Source: an uncultured Chryseobacterium sp.
Lineage (GTDB): Bacteria; Bacteroidota; Bacteroidia; Flavobacteriales; Weeksellaceae
Assembly (NCBI RefSeq): GCF_913777465.1
Contig: NZ_CAJYRQ010000027.1
Direction: 5' to 3' (one strand)
DNA length: 64,000 nucleotides
Made by a program: the position numbers and the translations under genes. Position 1 is the stretch's first letter, and each line of letters begins with the position of its first letter. Below are positions 28,266-37,821 of the stretch, in pieces. The notes under the pieces were generated by a model, which was not told the DNA's origin, did not search any database, and saw nothing but the letters and a program-made list of their open reading frames with translations.

Positions 28266-29672
28266 TTAAAATACCCACCATTCCGCTCTCACGCCTAAAT
28301 AGGTTCCGAACCTTTTGGCTCCGGACTGCTGCAGGAAAGGTGAATACAGGCTGTTCATCGCCTGATCGTTATATCTTGAAACCTCAGCAATAAACCGTAT
28401 GTGCGGTCTCGCCCATACGCTTCTTTCAGCAGTAGGAACAATCGTCGGCGCCAATACGAATTTTACCATGGAAGCAGGGTCCTGGCTGCCGTCTTTTCGC
28501 TGGGCATAATGCAGTTCCGTAAGAATATGAAACCAGTCGTTAAAATAATAGGTAGCTCTTACACCGGTATTAAATTCCGACTTTTTGTTAAAAATTTCCC
28601 TGCCGTAATAATCCTTGGCTTTATCGCTGTCTGCACCGCCTTTGCTCCGGGTGTAAACGGCATAACCGTTTATCGACCAGCGGTCGGAAAGATTCAGCAA
28701 AATATGTTCAACGGCTGTTAAAGAATAAGCACCATTGTAGGTCCCTTTTATTTCATCGGGAGCGCCATAGGTTCTCCAGGTCTGGGTATTTCCGCTGTCT
28801 CCGCCATTGGCAATTCCTGATCCGTAACGGAAGGAAATCTGGTTAAACGAACCCGGCAATCTGGTTGTAAGCGTCGAACTTAATTTTGCACCCAGCACCC
28901 AGCCATGATCTGTCGGATACTGCTCCACGGAGTTTTTCCCGGATTTATCGACCGTATGGAATTCCGCCAGCAATTTTACCCTATGATTACTATTTTTAAA
29001 CGGGATGGTCTGCTCCAGCACAAAAACTTCCCGCTGCCGGTAGATCAGGTTTTTTCCTCCGCTGATGACGTTGGTATAAGAATACGGAGTTGAATTGCTC
29101 GCTGCGGTATCGATGGCTGCAGGGAAAAACATGGAAAATCTGGTATTCTTATGACGTACGCCCCAGCCTGTCGCCGAATGATCGTCAAAATAAAAATAGT
29201 CTGCAATATGCACATCATCGAAACGCAGCCAGCGTGATCCTGCCCAGACATCCCAGTCGCTGCCCATGATGTTCCGGGCTTCCACAAATGCTTCCGGAAG
29301 GGCAACAATCATCCCCTGGTTTGATTTGGTATCCACGTTTCCCAGGAAGGTACCTCCGGAATAAAAGCTCAGCCTGGCCTGCATGTCGATCTTTGTTTTC
29401 TTAGCACTGTCGCCCACTACCGGTGTAAAATGAAAGCCCGGAAGAAAGTCAACATAATCGCCCTGGTCCATCCGGCCGCCCAGTGATCCCTGATTATTCA
29501 GGTTCAATTGCCTACCTGTTCTGCCGTCTGCATTCGGGGAATAGCCTGCCCCGATCCTTCCCGTCGTTCCGAATGAAAACTTCTGGTTGGTAATCACGAT
29601 CTGTGCAAAGGCTGCCTTGCTGACCATTATCAGCACAAGCAGGCAACCCTTTAAATATATATTTCTGATCAT
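28266..29672 (-). CDS. Carbohydrate porin (LamB/ScrY maltoporin family)
   Basis: Signal peptide, LGGRMDQGDYV (LamB-like RLGNE region), WAGSRW.R..DVHIADYFY, RPHIRF and a C-terminal GVRAEWWVF strand. Confidence 0.8.
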   Translation of the reverse strand: MIRNIYLKGCLLVLIMVSKAAFAQIVITNQKFSFGTTGRIGAGYSPNADGRTGRQLNLNNQGSLGGRMDQGDYVDFLPGFHFTPVVGDSAKKTKIDMQARLSFYSGGTFLGNVDTKSNQGMIVALPEAFVEARNIMGSDWDVWAGSRWLRFDDVHIADYFYFDDHSATGWGVRHKNTRFSMFFPAAIDTAASNSTPYSYTNVISGGKNLIYRQREVFVLEQTIPFKNSNHRVKLLAEFHTVDKSGKNSVEQYPTDHGWVLGAKLSSTLTTRLPGSFNQISFRYGSGIANGGDSGNTQTWRTYGAPDEIKGTYNGAYSLTAVEHILLNLSDRWSINGYAVYTRSKGGADSDKAKDYYGREIFNKKSEFNTGVRATYYFNDWFHILTELHYAQRKDGSQDPASMVKFVLAPTIVPTAERSVWARPHIRFIAEVSRYNDQAMNSLYSPFLQQSGAKRFGTYLGVRAEWWVF

Positions 29673-29679
29673 GTTAATT

Positions 29680-30927
29680 TTATTTTAATGTTTTAGGCCT
29701 GTAAAATTTCACAGCAAACAAAATGATGATCACATAGCAGATAATCGGCAGCAGATAAGCATGAGCCACATCCGTTTCGGCAATTTTCCCCATGATCGGC
29801 GTAAAAAAGGCCCCGCCGAACATCGCCATTACAAGGAATGAAGAAGCCTGGTGAACTTTTCCGCCCAGTTTTTTCAGTCCTAAACTGAAAATGGTAGGAT
29901 ACATGACGCTTAGGAATAAATTCAGCAGGATGAGGCTGATAAAGGAAACCCATCCGAAACTCTGGGAAATAATCAGGCAAAGCACGATATTACACGCTGT
30001 AAAGATGGTAAGAACTTTATTCGGTGCAATATACCGCATCAGAAAAGTACCGATGAACCTTCCGACCATCATCATTGCCATGCTCAGCGAAAAATAATAG
30101 GAAGCCTGTGTTTCCTGGAGATGCATTTTTTCCACTCCGTAATTAATGAAGAATGCCCATGTGCCGCCTTGCGCCGCGATATTGAAAAACTGGGCGATTA
30201 CCGCAAATACAAAATGTCTCTGCTTCCAAAGCGGTGCGCTGGTATTTACCTGATCATGATGATTGTCTTTGCCGGTGGCATGTTCAAGGATTTCCGTTTC
30301 CTCAGCATGCGGGTCTTTCAGGTGTGGTACTCTGATGAAAGCAAAGATAACCACCAATACCAACACCACAATTCCTATCCAGGTGTAAAGGGTTTTCACA
30401 GAATCCAGAGACTGATCTCCTCCGGTTCCGCTGAAGATAAAAAATCCGCCCAGCAAAGGCCCCATAATGGCACCCAGCCCGTTGAAAGACTGTGCGAAGT
30501 TGACCCGCTGATCACTTGTTCTTTCATCTCCGAGCGAAGCTACAAAAGGGTGCGCTACGGTTTCCAGAGTAGCCATCCCTAAAGCAAGGATAAACAAAGC
30601 AACCCTGAAAAAACTGAAAGATGCGGTGTTGGCTGCCGGAACAAACAGGAAACATCCTGCTGCAAATAAGGCAAGACCCAGAATGACGCCCATTTTATAG
30701 CCAAACTTTTTCATGAACAGCCCGGCGGGAATTCCCATCAGAGCGTAAGCTCCGAAAATCGAAAGCTGCACCAACCCGGATTCGGATTTGGAGATATGCA
30801 GAACATTCTGGAAATGTTTATTCAGAACGTCTCCCATCGTAAGGGCGATGGCCCAGAAAAAAAACAATGAAGTTACAAAAGCCAGTACCACCAGGTACTT
30901 CTTTTCGGTAAATTTTGCCGATTCCAT
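29680..30927 (-). CDS. Sugar:H+ symporter, MFS FucP/GluP family
   Basis: FFFWAIA, LETVAHPFV..LG, RVNFAQSFNGLG and SVMYPTIFSLG motifs; 12 predicted TMs. Confidence 0.9.
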   Translation of the reverse strand: MESAKFTEKKYLVVLAFVTSLFFFWAIALTMGDVLNKHFQNVLHISKSESGLVQLSIFGAYALMGIPAGLFMKKFGYKMGVILGLALFAAGCFLFVPAANTASFSFFRVALFILALGMATLETVAHPFVASLGDERTSDQRVNFAQSFNGLGAIMGPLLGGFFIFSGTGGDQSLDSVKTLYTWIGIVVLVLVVIFAFIRVPHLKDPHAEETEILEHATGKDNHHDQVNTSAPLWKQRHFVFAVIAQFFNIAAQGGTWAFFINYGVEKMHLQETQASYYFSLSMAMMMVGRFIGTFLMRYIAPNKVLTIFTACNIVLCLIISQSFGWVSFISLILLNLFLSVMYPTIFSLGLKKLGGKVHQASSFLVMAMFGGAFFTPIMGKIAETDVAHAYLLPIICYVIIILFAVKFYRPKTLK

Positions 30928-31073
30928 AAGTATGTTTTTTACAGATTAAATGATAAATGAATGGAGGTAATAAGGTTCCGGTAAAGCATAAGATGACCTG
31001 CCCCTGCTTTTAGGAAGCAGGAAAAAAGAGACCTGAAAATTGAAATTTATCTTATTACCGGATTTCCCGTTGA

Positions 31074-31979
31074 CTAAACGGTATGCTGAACTTTAAAGCT
31101 ATTGAATTCAGACGGTTCATAATCCGGGCATGCTCCGGATTTGGAAGTAATAAAGGCACCTAATGAAATAGCCTGGTGCATGATCTCTTCCGGACTTTCC
31201 CCTTTGATTCTTTTTGAAATAAATCCTGAGAGAAAAGCATCACCGCTTCCAACGGTATCTGCAATGGTAATAGGTACCGCCGAAAATCCGTAATTCTGGT
31301 TTCCTACAAAATACCGGGCTCCCTTGCTTCCTTTGGTAAGGACAATTTCACCGATATTAAAATGGTTCTGAATGAATGCGGCACTTTCGTCTTCACTTCT
31401 GTACTCTTCACCAAAATACGCCATGATTTCACGCATCTCTGCCTTGTTCATCTTTACGATATCAGCTTTGTGCAAAAGGGTTTTAATGAGTTCGACATCA
31501 ATAAAAGGCGGCCTGAAATTCACGTCAAAAATTTTCAGCCTGGCATAGTCCAGGAGTTGCAAAAGGGTTTCTCTGGTTTTTTCATTTCTTGCGGAAAGGC
31601 TTCCGAAAACAAATGCCTCAGCATTGGCTACCAATTCTTTATGTTCAGGCAACAATTCGATGTAATCCCACGCTACCTGGTTGATGATTTCATACGTCGC
31701 TTCATTGTGCTGATCGATCTTTGCCAGCACGGTGCTGGTAGGCTTTTCATCATCCACCTGAATATAGTCGGTGGTAATGCCCCAGCTTTTGATCTGGTCT
31801 TCCAGTTTATGGCCCAGCTCGTCATTTCCTATTCTGCTCAGCATCTTCACACCGGTTCCCATTTTATGGATATTGTAAGCGGCATTGAACGGTGCTCCTC
31901 CGGCTCTCGAGCCTTCAGGAAAAATATCCCAGAGCACTTCTCCGAAACAAACAACGTAGGGTTCTTTATTATTTATCAT
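31074..31979 (-). CDS. PfkB carbohydrate kinase (fructokinase-like)
   Basis: FGEVLWD, GGAPFN, FDVNFR and ADTVGSGDAF motifs. Confidence 0.92.
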   Translation of the reverse strand: MINNKEPYVVCFGEVLWDIFPEGSRAGGAPFNAAYNIHKMGTGVKMLSRIGNDELGHKLEDQIKSWGITTDYIQVDDEKPTSTVLAKIDQHNEATYEIINQVAWDYIELLPEHKELVANAEAFVFGSLSARNEKTRETLLQLLDYARLKIFDVNFRPPFIDVELIKTLLHKADIVKMNKAEMREIMAYFGEEYRSEDESAAFIQNHFNIGEIVLTKGSKGARYFVGNQNYGFSAVPITIADTVGSGDAFLSGFISKRIKGESPEEIMHQAISLGAFITSKSGACPDYEPSEFNSFKVQHTV

Positions 31980-31983
31980 AAGG

Positions 31984-31995
31984 TTAAACGTTTAA
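31984..31995. promoter_or_regulatory. Candidate LacI-family operator 1
   Basis: Perfect 12-bp palindrome TTAAACGTTTAA, 4 bp upstream of the kinase start. Has the CG-centred core typical of LacI operators. Confidence 0.6.
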
Positions 31996-32013
31996 TTAAG
32001 CTTTTAAATTTTT

Positions 32014-33012
32014 TTATTGTACGGAATTTCGCTCCATATATTTTGCCTGGAGCATAATGCGTTCTCCATTGGGTGTATAATGATTGATCTGATGGTCCAG
32101 CAATTTTACGGATTCTTTTGCCATGCCCATTAGGGGCTGCTGCACAAAATTGATATCGGTAGGAAAAAGATGATAGGCTTCCGTTTCATCAAATGCAATT
32201 ACGGAAACCTGTTCGGGAACACGGATCTGATGGTCGTTCAGGTATCTCAGCCCGGCAATCCCGAGCTTATTGCTGGAAAAGTAAATGGCCGTTCTTCTTT
32301 TCAGGTCGATATTCCCATTGAGTTTTTCATTTACTTCTTCCGTAATATTCTGAATGCCGATCAGAACCTTTTTTACCGGAATTCCTGATTTCTGTACTCT
32401 CCTTTCGAAACCTTCCTGCCGGTCAAGCAGATGTGGCAGTTCGGTATCGTAGCCTACATAAATAATCTCATCAAACTTCTTTTCGGTAAGCTGATCACAA
32501 ACATAAGCCGAAATTTCAGCATTGTTGATCATCACACCGGGAAGGCTGATGTTTTTCAGATAACGGTCGATGGTGACAATCGGGTATTCCGCGGCAATCA
32601 GCTTATTGATGGCTTCATCGGAATCCACTACGGGGGCAACAATCATCCCGTCTACCTGCTGTTCGGAAAATAGCTCCGTCAGTTTTTTAAATTTTTCAGG
32701 ATTTTCATCACAGCTCCCGATTAGGAGCGTATAACCAAGCTTCATCGCCTCGTCTTCGATGTTCCGGGCAATGTTGGAGTAAAAATCATTGGAAATATCT
32801 GCAACGATAAGCCCGATCAGTTTACTCTTGCTCATTTTTAAGCTTTTGGCAATTTTGTTGGGCGTATAGTTGATGGATTCGGCGACTTCAAGAATTTTCT
32901 CTTTGGTAGCATCGCTGATCCGGCTTCCTTCTTTTTTGTTCAGGACATAGGATACGGTTGCCACGGAAACACCGGCAATTCTGGCTATGTCTTTAATGGA
33001 AGCTCTTTTCAT
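32014..33012 (-). CDS. LacI-family transcriptional repressor
   Basis: SIKDIARIAGVSVATVSYVLN HTH, YTPNKIAKSL hinge and a periplasmic-binding-type sensor domain. Confidence 0.95.
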   Translation of the reverse strand: MKRASIKDIARIAGVSVATVSYVLNKKEGSRISDATKEKILEVAESINYTPNKIAKSLKMSKSKLIGLIVADISNDFYSNIARNIEDEAMKLGYTLLIGSCDENPEKFKKLTELFSEQQVDGMIVAPVVDSDEAINKLIAAEYPIVTIDRYLKNISLPGVMINNAEISAYVCDQLTEKKFDEIIYVGYDTELPHLLDRQEGFERRVQKSGIPVKKVLIGIQNITEEVNEKLNGNIDLKRRTAIYFSSNKLGIAGLRYLNDHQIRVPEQVSVIAFDETEAYHLFPTDINFVQQPLMGMAKESVKLLDHQINHYTPNGERIMLQAKYMERNSVQ

Positions 33013-33235
33013 ACAGTTATTTTCAGGAACAAAAATATTTCATAAAAAGCATATAAAACAATAGCCGGATTTTTTGGGCTGATATAAAAATTATTGTATT
33101 TTCGCACATTTTTTAACAGACAAAAAAACCAGGTACAACTATTTGATTTTAAAACATTTAAACAATTTACCTGTACGTATTTAAATTTATTGTTAATTTA
33201 ATATGAACAAGCGGCTGACATTTATAACATATTTT

Positions 33236-33251
33236 GGTTAAACGTTTATCC
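33236..33251. promoter_or_regulatory. Candidate LacI-family operator 2
   Basis: GGTTAAACGTTTATCC shares the 13-mer GGTTAAACGTTTA with 31982-31994. Lies upstream of lacI. Confidence 0.55.
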
Positions 33252-33352
33252 TTAAATATTTTAATAATTTTTAAAATAAACCTGATATTGGTCCTTTATT
33301 GTTTGAAATAATAAAAGAAAACTGATATTTTTGGCTTTTTGACCGACTGAAT

Positions 33353-33916
33353 ATGACCCTTGACGAAATCCTTGACCGCATCTACCCTCTTCCCGACACA
33401 TCGAAAGCCAGCCTTAAAAAATCGATTGAGGAAGTTTCGTTCCCCAAGAATTTCTGCCTGATGGAGGCTCACAAAATAATCCCGTTTGTTTATTTTATTA
33501 AAAAAGGAATTGTCCGTGCTTATGCTTCCGCGGAAGACAAAGACATTACATTCTGGTTCGGAAGTGAGGGCGAACCGGTGGTTTCCATGAAAAGCTATGT
33601 GGAGAACAATCCGGGTTATGAAAACATAGAATTGCTGGAGCCCTGCGAGCTGTATAAGCTGAAAACTGAAGATCTGAAAAAGTTATACGACGAAGATATC
33701 CATATAGCCAACTGGGGCCGGAAATTTGCCGAACGTGAGCTTGTAAAAACAGAGGAACTGATTATCTCAAGACAATTTAAAACCGCTCTCGAACGGTATA
33801 AAGATCTGATGCGTGACAAGCCTGATCTTTTAAAGCGTGTTCAGCTGGGACATATTGCTTCTTACCTTGGAATTACGCAGGTGAGCCTGAGCAGGATCCG
33901 GGCAGAGATGAAATGA
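33353..33916 (+). CDS. Crp/Fnr-family transcriptional regulator
   Basis: YFIKKGIVRAY, ERYKDLM and HIASYLGITQVSLSRIR HTH. Confidence 0.9.
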   Translation: MTLDEILDRIYPLPDTSKASLKKSIEEVSFPKNFCLMEAHKIIPFVYFIKKGIVRAYASAEDKDITFWFGSEGEPVVSMKSYVENNPGYENIELLEPCELYKLKTEDLKKLYDEDIHIANWGRKFAERELVKTEELIISRQFKTALERYKDLMRDKPDLLKRVQLGHIASYLGITQVSLSRIRAEMK

Positions 33917-34036
33917 ATTGAAAGTTTGAGAGTATAAAATATAAGGGTTTATGCTGATGTTTTTTTCCTTTTTTAACAATTGTAAAATTTTATTCTTTAT
34001 TAAATCCGGACCTTTGCAGGAGAAAAGTCAGAACAA

Positions 34037-34366
34037 ATGAATTGGATCATCCTGGTAATTGCAGGTTTATTTGAAGTTGCTTTTGCATCATGTCTAGGAA
34101 AGGTAAAAGAAACCAACGGAACAGCGATGTATTTGTGGTTTGCCGGATTTTTGATCTCCCTGACGGTGAGCATGCTCCTCCTGATCAAAGCTACCCAGAC
34201 CCTACCGATCGGGACGGCCTACGCGGTATGGACGGGAATCGGAGCGGTAGGAACGGCGCTGATGGGAATTTTCTTTTTTAAAGACCCGGTTACGTTCTGG
34301 AGAATTTTTTTCATCATCACCCTGATCGGTTCGGTGATCGGACTGAAAGCCGTTTCTTCACATTAA
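34037..34366 (+). CDS. SMR/DMT family small multidrug transporter (SugE/Gdx-like)
   Basis: WIILVIAGLFEV (conserved Glu), LPIGTAYAVWTGIG; four TMs. Confidence 0.9.
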   Translation: MNWIILVIAGLFEVAFASCLGKVKETNGTAMYLWFAGFLISLTVSMLLLIKATQTLPIGTAYAVWTGIGAVGTALMGIFFFKDPVTFWRIFFIITLIGSVIGLKAVSSH

Positions 34367-34477
34367 TAAAATTAATCACCTATTAATTTAATCTTGTTAA
34401 ATGCTTTAAAGCGAAGCCGTTTTTCACCTGTTGGAAAACGGTTTTTTCATTTTGCCGGATCCGGGTTTGAAGCACAT

Positions 34478-34508
34478 AAAAAATGCCTCCGGTCTGAAGG
34501 CATTTTTT
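34478..34508. terminator. Bidirectional terminator
   Basis: aaaaaatgcct...aggcatttttt between convergent genes. A second hairpin lies at 34415-34447. Confidence 0.75.
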
Positions 34509-35275
34509 TATTTTTTATAGATCAAAGGAAGGATTTCATTTTTCCTGAGTCCGTATTTTTTGATTTCGTCTTCTGAAAAAGTCTGCGAATAGAAATTAAC
34601 ATCCGTTTCAAATCCGGCATTTTTCAGCCGTTCAAAATAATCCATTCCGTACCAGCGGACGTGGTCGTACTGTCCGAAATGTTTCTGACGCTTCTTCGGA
34701 TCTTTGATGGTAAAATCCTCGTAGGTTTTTTCCAGTGAGTTTTTCATCGGAACCTGCACGATTCCCCAGCCTCCCGGTCTCAGGATCCTGTGTAGCTCGC
34801 TCATTGCTTTGGCATCATCTTCAATATGTTCCAGCACATGGTTGCAGAAAACCACATCAAAGCTTTTGTCGGCAAAAGGGAGATCCAGAATATCCGCTTT
34901 TACATCCACAATCGGAGAATACAGATCGGCAGAGATATAATCGAGATTACGCATTTTTTTGAACTTCCGTAAAAATTCCTGCTCCGGAGCGATGTGTAAG
35001 ACCTTGTAGTTCTTAATGAAGAAGTCGGTTTCGTTCTGAAGGTACAGCCACATCTGGCGGTGCCTTTCCAGGCTTAATGTTCCCGGAGAAAGGGCATTTT
35101 CCCTTTGGATTCCGTAGCCATAGGGAAGAAATTTCCGGTAGGATTTTCCGTCGATCGGATCAACGAATTTATCGCCTTTAAAAAACTGGTAAATAAGCGG
35201 CCGCGCCCAGATGCTCATCTTGATCAGCACCGGACGGGGAATTTTATTCAGTAAAAGTTTGGTAACTTTTTTCAT
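34508..35275 (-). CDS. Class I SAM-dependent methyltransferase
   Basis: SLERHR..WLYL, VLHIAPE, SFDVVFCNHVLEHI and GQYDHVRWYG motifs. Confidence 0.88.
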   Translation of the reverse strand: MKKVTKLLLNKIPRPVLIKMSIWARPLIYQFFKGDKFVDPIDGKSYRKFLPYGYGIQRENALSPGTLSLERHRQMWLYLQNETDFFIKNYKVLHIAPEQEFLRKFKKMRNLDYISADLYSPIVDVKADILDLPFADKSFDVVFCNHVLEHIEDDAKAMSELHRILRPGGWGIVQVPMKNSLEKTYEDFTIKDPKKRQKHFGQYDHVRWYGMDYFERLKNAGFETDVNFYSQTFSEDEIKKYGLRKNEILPLIYKK

Positions 35276-36085
35276 TTAAAAATCCAGTTGGAACGCTTTT
35301 TCTTCATCGCTTGTAATTCCCAATGCCTCATAGACATATTGGAATGTAGAAAGCAGTACCGGTTTCCCGTTGATAACCGCCACATCATGTTCAAAATGGG
35401 CGGAAGGCTGATTGTCCAGCGTCGTTACCGTCCATCCGTCATTGTGGAATTTCACTTTTTCGGTACCCAGGTTGATCATCGGTTCGATGGCAATCGTAAG
35501 ACCGTCTTTGATCACTTTTCCGCTTCCCTGTCTTCCGTAATTGGGAACCTGCGGATCTTCGTGCATCTGCCGTCCAACGCCGTGGCCTACGAGTTCTTTT
35601 ACGACACCGTAGCCTTCTTTTTCACAATGCGACTGGATGGCATATGAAATATCGCCGATTCTTTTTCCCCTTACACATTGCTCAATTCCTTTGTACAGAG
35701 ATTCTTTGGCAACTTTCAGAAGTTTTTTGGTTTCCGGTTTCACTTCACCGATCTCAAAGGTATAGGCATGGTCTCCTACAAAACCATTTAAAATCGCCCC
35801 GCAATCCACGGAAAGCACATCGCCTTCCTTAATTTCTTCTTTGCTCGGAAAACCGTGTACTACCTGTTCGTTCGGGGAAATACACAGGGAGTATGGAAAG
35901 CCTCCGTATCCTAAAAAGGCCGGCTCGGCACCGTGATCCTTGATAAAGTCGTGTGCTAATTTATCTAAATACAAAGTGGTGATCCCCGGCTTGATTTCTT
36001 TCGCCAACATTCCCAATGTTCTGGAAACCAACTGGGCACTTTGCTTCATAAGACGCAATTCGTCTATTGTTTTTAACTGAATCAT
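35276..36085 (-). CDS. map: Methionine aminopeptidase type I
   Basis: SPNEQVVHG, DVLSVDCG, GDHAYT, GHGVG..MHEDP, AIEPM and SAHFEH motifs. Confidence 0.96.
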   Translation of the reverse strand: MIQLKTIDELRLMKQSAQLVSRTLGMLAKEIKPGITTLYLDKLAHDFIKDHGAEPAFLGYGGFPYSLCISPNEQVVHGFPSKEEIKEGDVLSVDCGAILNGFVGDHAYTFEIGEVKPETKKLLKVAKESLYKGIEQCVRGKRIGDISYAIQSHCEKEGYGVVKELVGHGVGRQMHEDPQVPNYGRQGSGKVIKDGLTIAIEPMINLGTEKVKFHNDGWTVTTLDNQPSAHFEHDVAVINGKPVLLSTFQYVYEALGITSDEEKAFQLDF

Positions 36086-36176
36086 AAATAATGTAACAAT
36101 TTATAAATCTAACAATGTAACAATAACGAATTAAAAAATGGGTGTATTGTTACACTGATACATTATCAGATTATCT

Positions 36177-36608
36177 TTACCAGAATAATCCTTTTTTCTT
36201 TTCTTTTTTTAGTTTGGAATAGGCCAGGACTTCTTTTCCTTCTACCCTGAATTCGATCCTGTCCTGAATGATGTTGTAGATTTCACCCCATCCCGGAAAA
36301 CCGCCCAGGTTTCTGTCGTCGATAAACCAATCGGCGTCCAGCTTTCTCGATTGGGTTGCTGAATCAAAAACTTCCCCTTCAAAGCTTGAGTTGACGGCAT
36401 AAAATTCAATTCCGTTTTTTTTGCAGAACTCTACGGCTTCATCCAGGGTCTTCCCGTGTCTGTACGTCCATAGAATCAGTCGGTATCCTTCAGACTGAAG
36501 TCTTTTTAAGGTTTCAAAAGCAAAAATTTTCGGTTTGCCGATCGACGGGTAAGCATCATCAACAATCGTCCCATCAAAGTCTACAGCAATTTTCTTATTA
36601 TTCATCAT
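36177..36608 (-). CDS. BT0820-family HAD-type phosphatase
   Basis: IAVDFDGTIV, LILWTYR, SRKL.AD.FIDDRN.GG motifs. Confidence 0.88.
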   Translation of the reverse strand: MMNNKKIAVDFDGTIVDDAYPSIGKPKIFAFETLKRLQSEGYRLILWTYRHGKTLDEAVEFCKKNGIEFYAVNSSFEGEVFDSATQSRKLDADWFIDDRNLGGFPGWGEIYNIIQDRIEFRVEGKEVLAYSKLKKEKKKGLFW

Positions 36609-36698
36609 ATTGAATATTTTTGATTTGCAAAGATACAAAAATAAAAGAGTGCTAAAATACTCAGCACTCCTAACTTTTTAGTTAATTATATTTTAAAA

Positions 36699-37679
36699 TC
36701 AGCTCTTCACCCAGTTGAACTGGAACTGCAGATCCGGCGTTGAGATCCTGTCTGTAATTTTCTGAAGCCTTGCCGGAAGCTTCATCAGGTATTCCTGTGC
36801 TTTTTCCGCTTTTTCGTTCAGTCCTTTTACGTGCTCGATCTTCCATTCGTCCAGAAGCTCTTTCATGATGTTGATATAATCCTGTCCGGTATACACCATG
36901 CAACGCTGTGCCGCATCCGAGAAATGTCCCCAAAGCTCTCCTGCTTTTTGTCCGGATTGTCTCATCATGTGAGCCGGCATCACGATCTTCTTACGCATCA
37001 TGTCTTCAAAGGCAAGGATCATTTCAGAAGGATCGATTTCAAGGATTTTAGCAACGAAATGTTTGTATGCTTTAGCGTGTCTGGCTTCATCAGCAGCAAT
37101 AACCCCGCACATTTTTGCCAGTTTCCCGTTTCCGCACTGCTTGGCCAAGGTACCTACCCTTCTGTGGGAGATGTTGGTAGCCGTTTCCTGGAAGCTGGTA
37201 TATACAAAGTTACGGTACGGGTCCATGCTGGTTCCCAGATCGAATCCGTCGTTGATCAGATATTGGGTAGTGACTTCCACTTCACGCATATTCACTCTTC
37301 CGCAAAGGTAAAGGTATTTGCTTAAAAGATCTCCGTGCCGGTTTTCTTCAGCCGTCCAGGCTCTCACCCAGTTGGCCCAGCCGATTTCTTTCTGTTCCTG
37401 GTCTACACCGTCTACGCCCATCAGCCATGATTCGTAAGAAGGCAATGCTTCCTCAGTTATACAGTCGCCGATAAGGGTTACGAAGAGGTCGTATGGCATT
37501 TCTCTTGCGAAAGTCTGGATTTCTTCTAAATCGTATTTGAAGTTCTCGCTGGAAGGATCCGGAAGATAATCGGAAGGCTGCCAGATTTTTTCAATCGGCG
37601 TTAAAAATTTATCCAGAAAAGAACCGACTTCCTTTTCCAAAATTCCCATTACTTCTTTTCGTACGAGCTGTTGATACAT
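36699..37679 (-). CDS. Soluble acyl-ACP desaturase (ferritin-like di-iron, FA_desaturase_2)
   Basis: WQPSDYLP, TEEALP.Y and two ExxH motifs (AEENRH, ADEARH). Confidence 0.92.
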   Translation of the reverse strand: MYQQLVRKEVMGILEKEVGSFLDKFLTPIEKIWQPSDYLPDPSSENFKYDLEEIQTFAREMPYDLFVTLIGDCITEEALPSYESWLMGVDGVDQEQKEIGWANWVRAWTAEENRHGDLLSKYLYLCGRVNMREVEVTTQYLINDGFDLGTSMDPYRNFVYTSFQETATNISHRRVGTLAKQCGNGKLAKMCGVIAADEARHAKAYKHFVAKILEIDPSEMILAFEDMMRKKIVMPAHMMRQSGQKAGELWGHFSDAAQRCMVYTGQDYINIMKELLDEWKIEHVKGLNEKAEKAQEYLMKLPARLQKITDRISTPDLQFQFNWVKS

Positions 37680-37821
37680 TTTTAGAATTTAGATTAAACC
37701 ACAAAGTTAGAGTTTTCTTTATTATTTAAGACATAATGTTATGTTAATTCTTCTGATATTCGTCATAAAAATTGCCGCTATGAATATCATAACGGCAAAT
37801 GTGGTATTTTTTTATTAATTT

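Noticed and set aside
31362-32057. 231-aa plus-strand ORF
   Set aside because: Antisense to the PfkB kinase; no family features.
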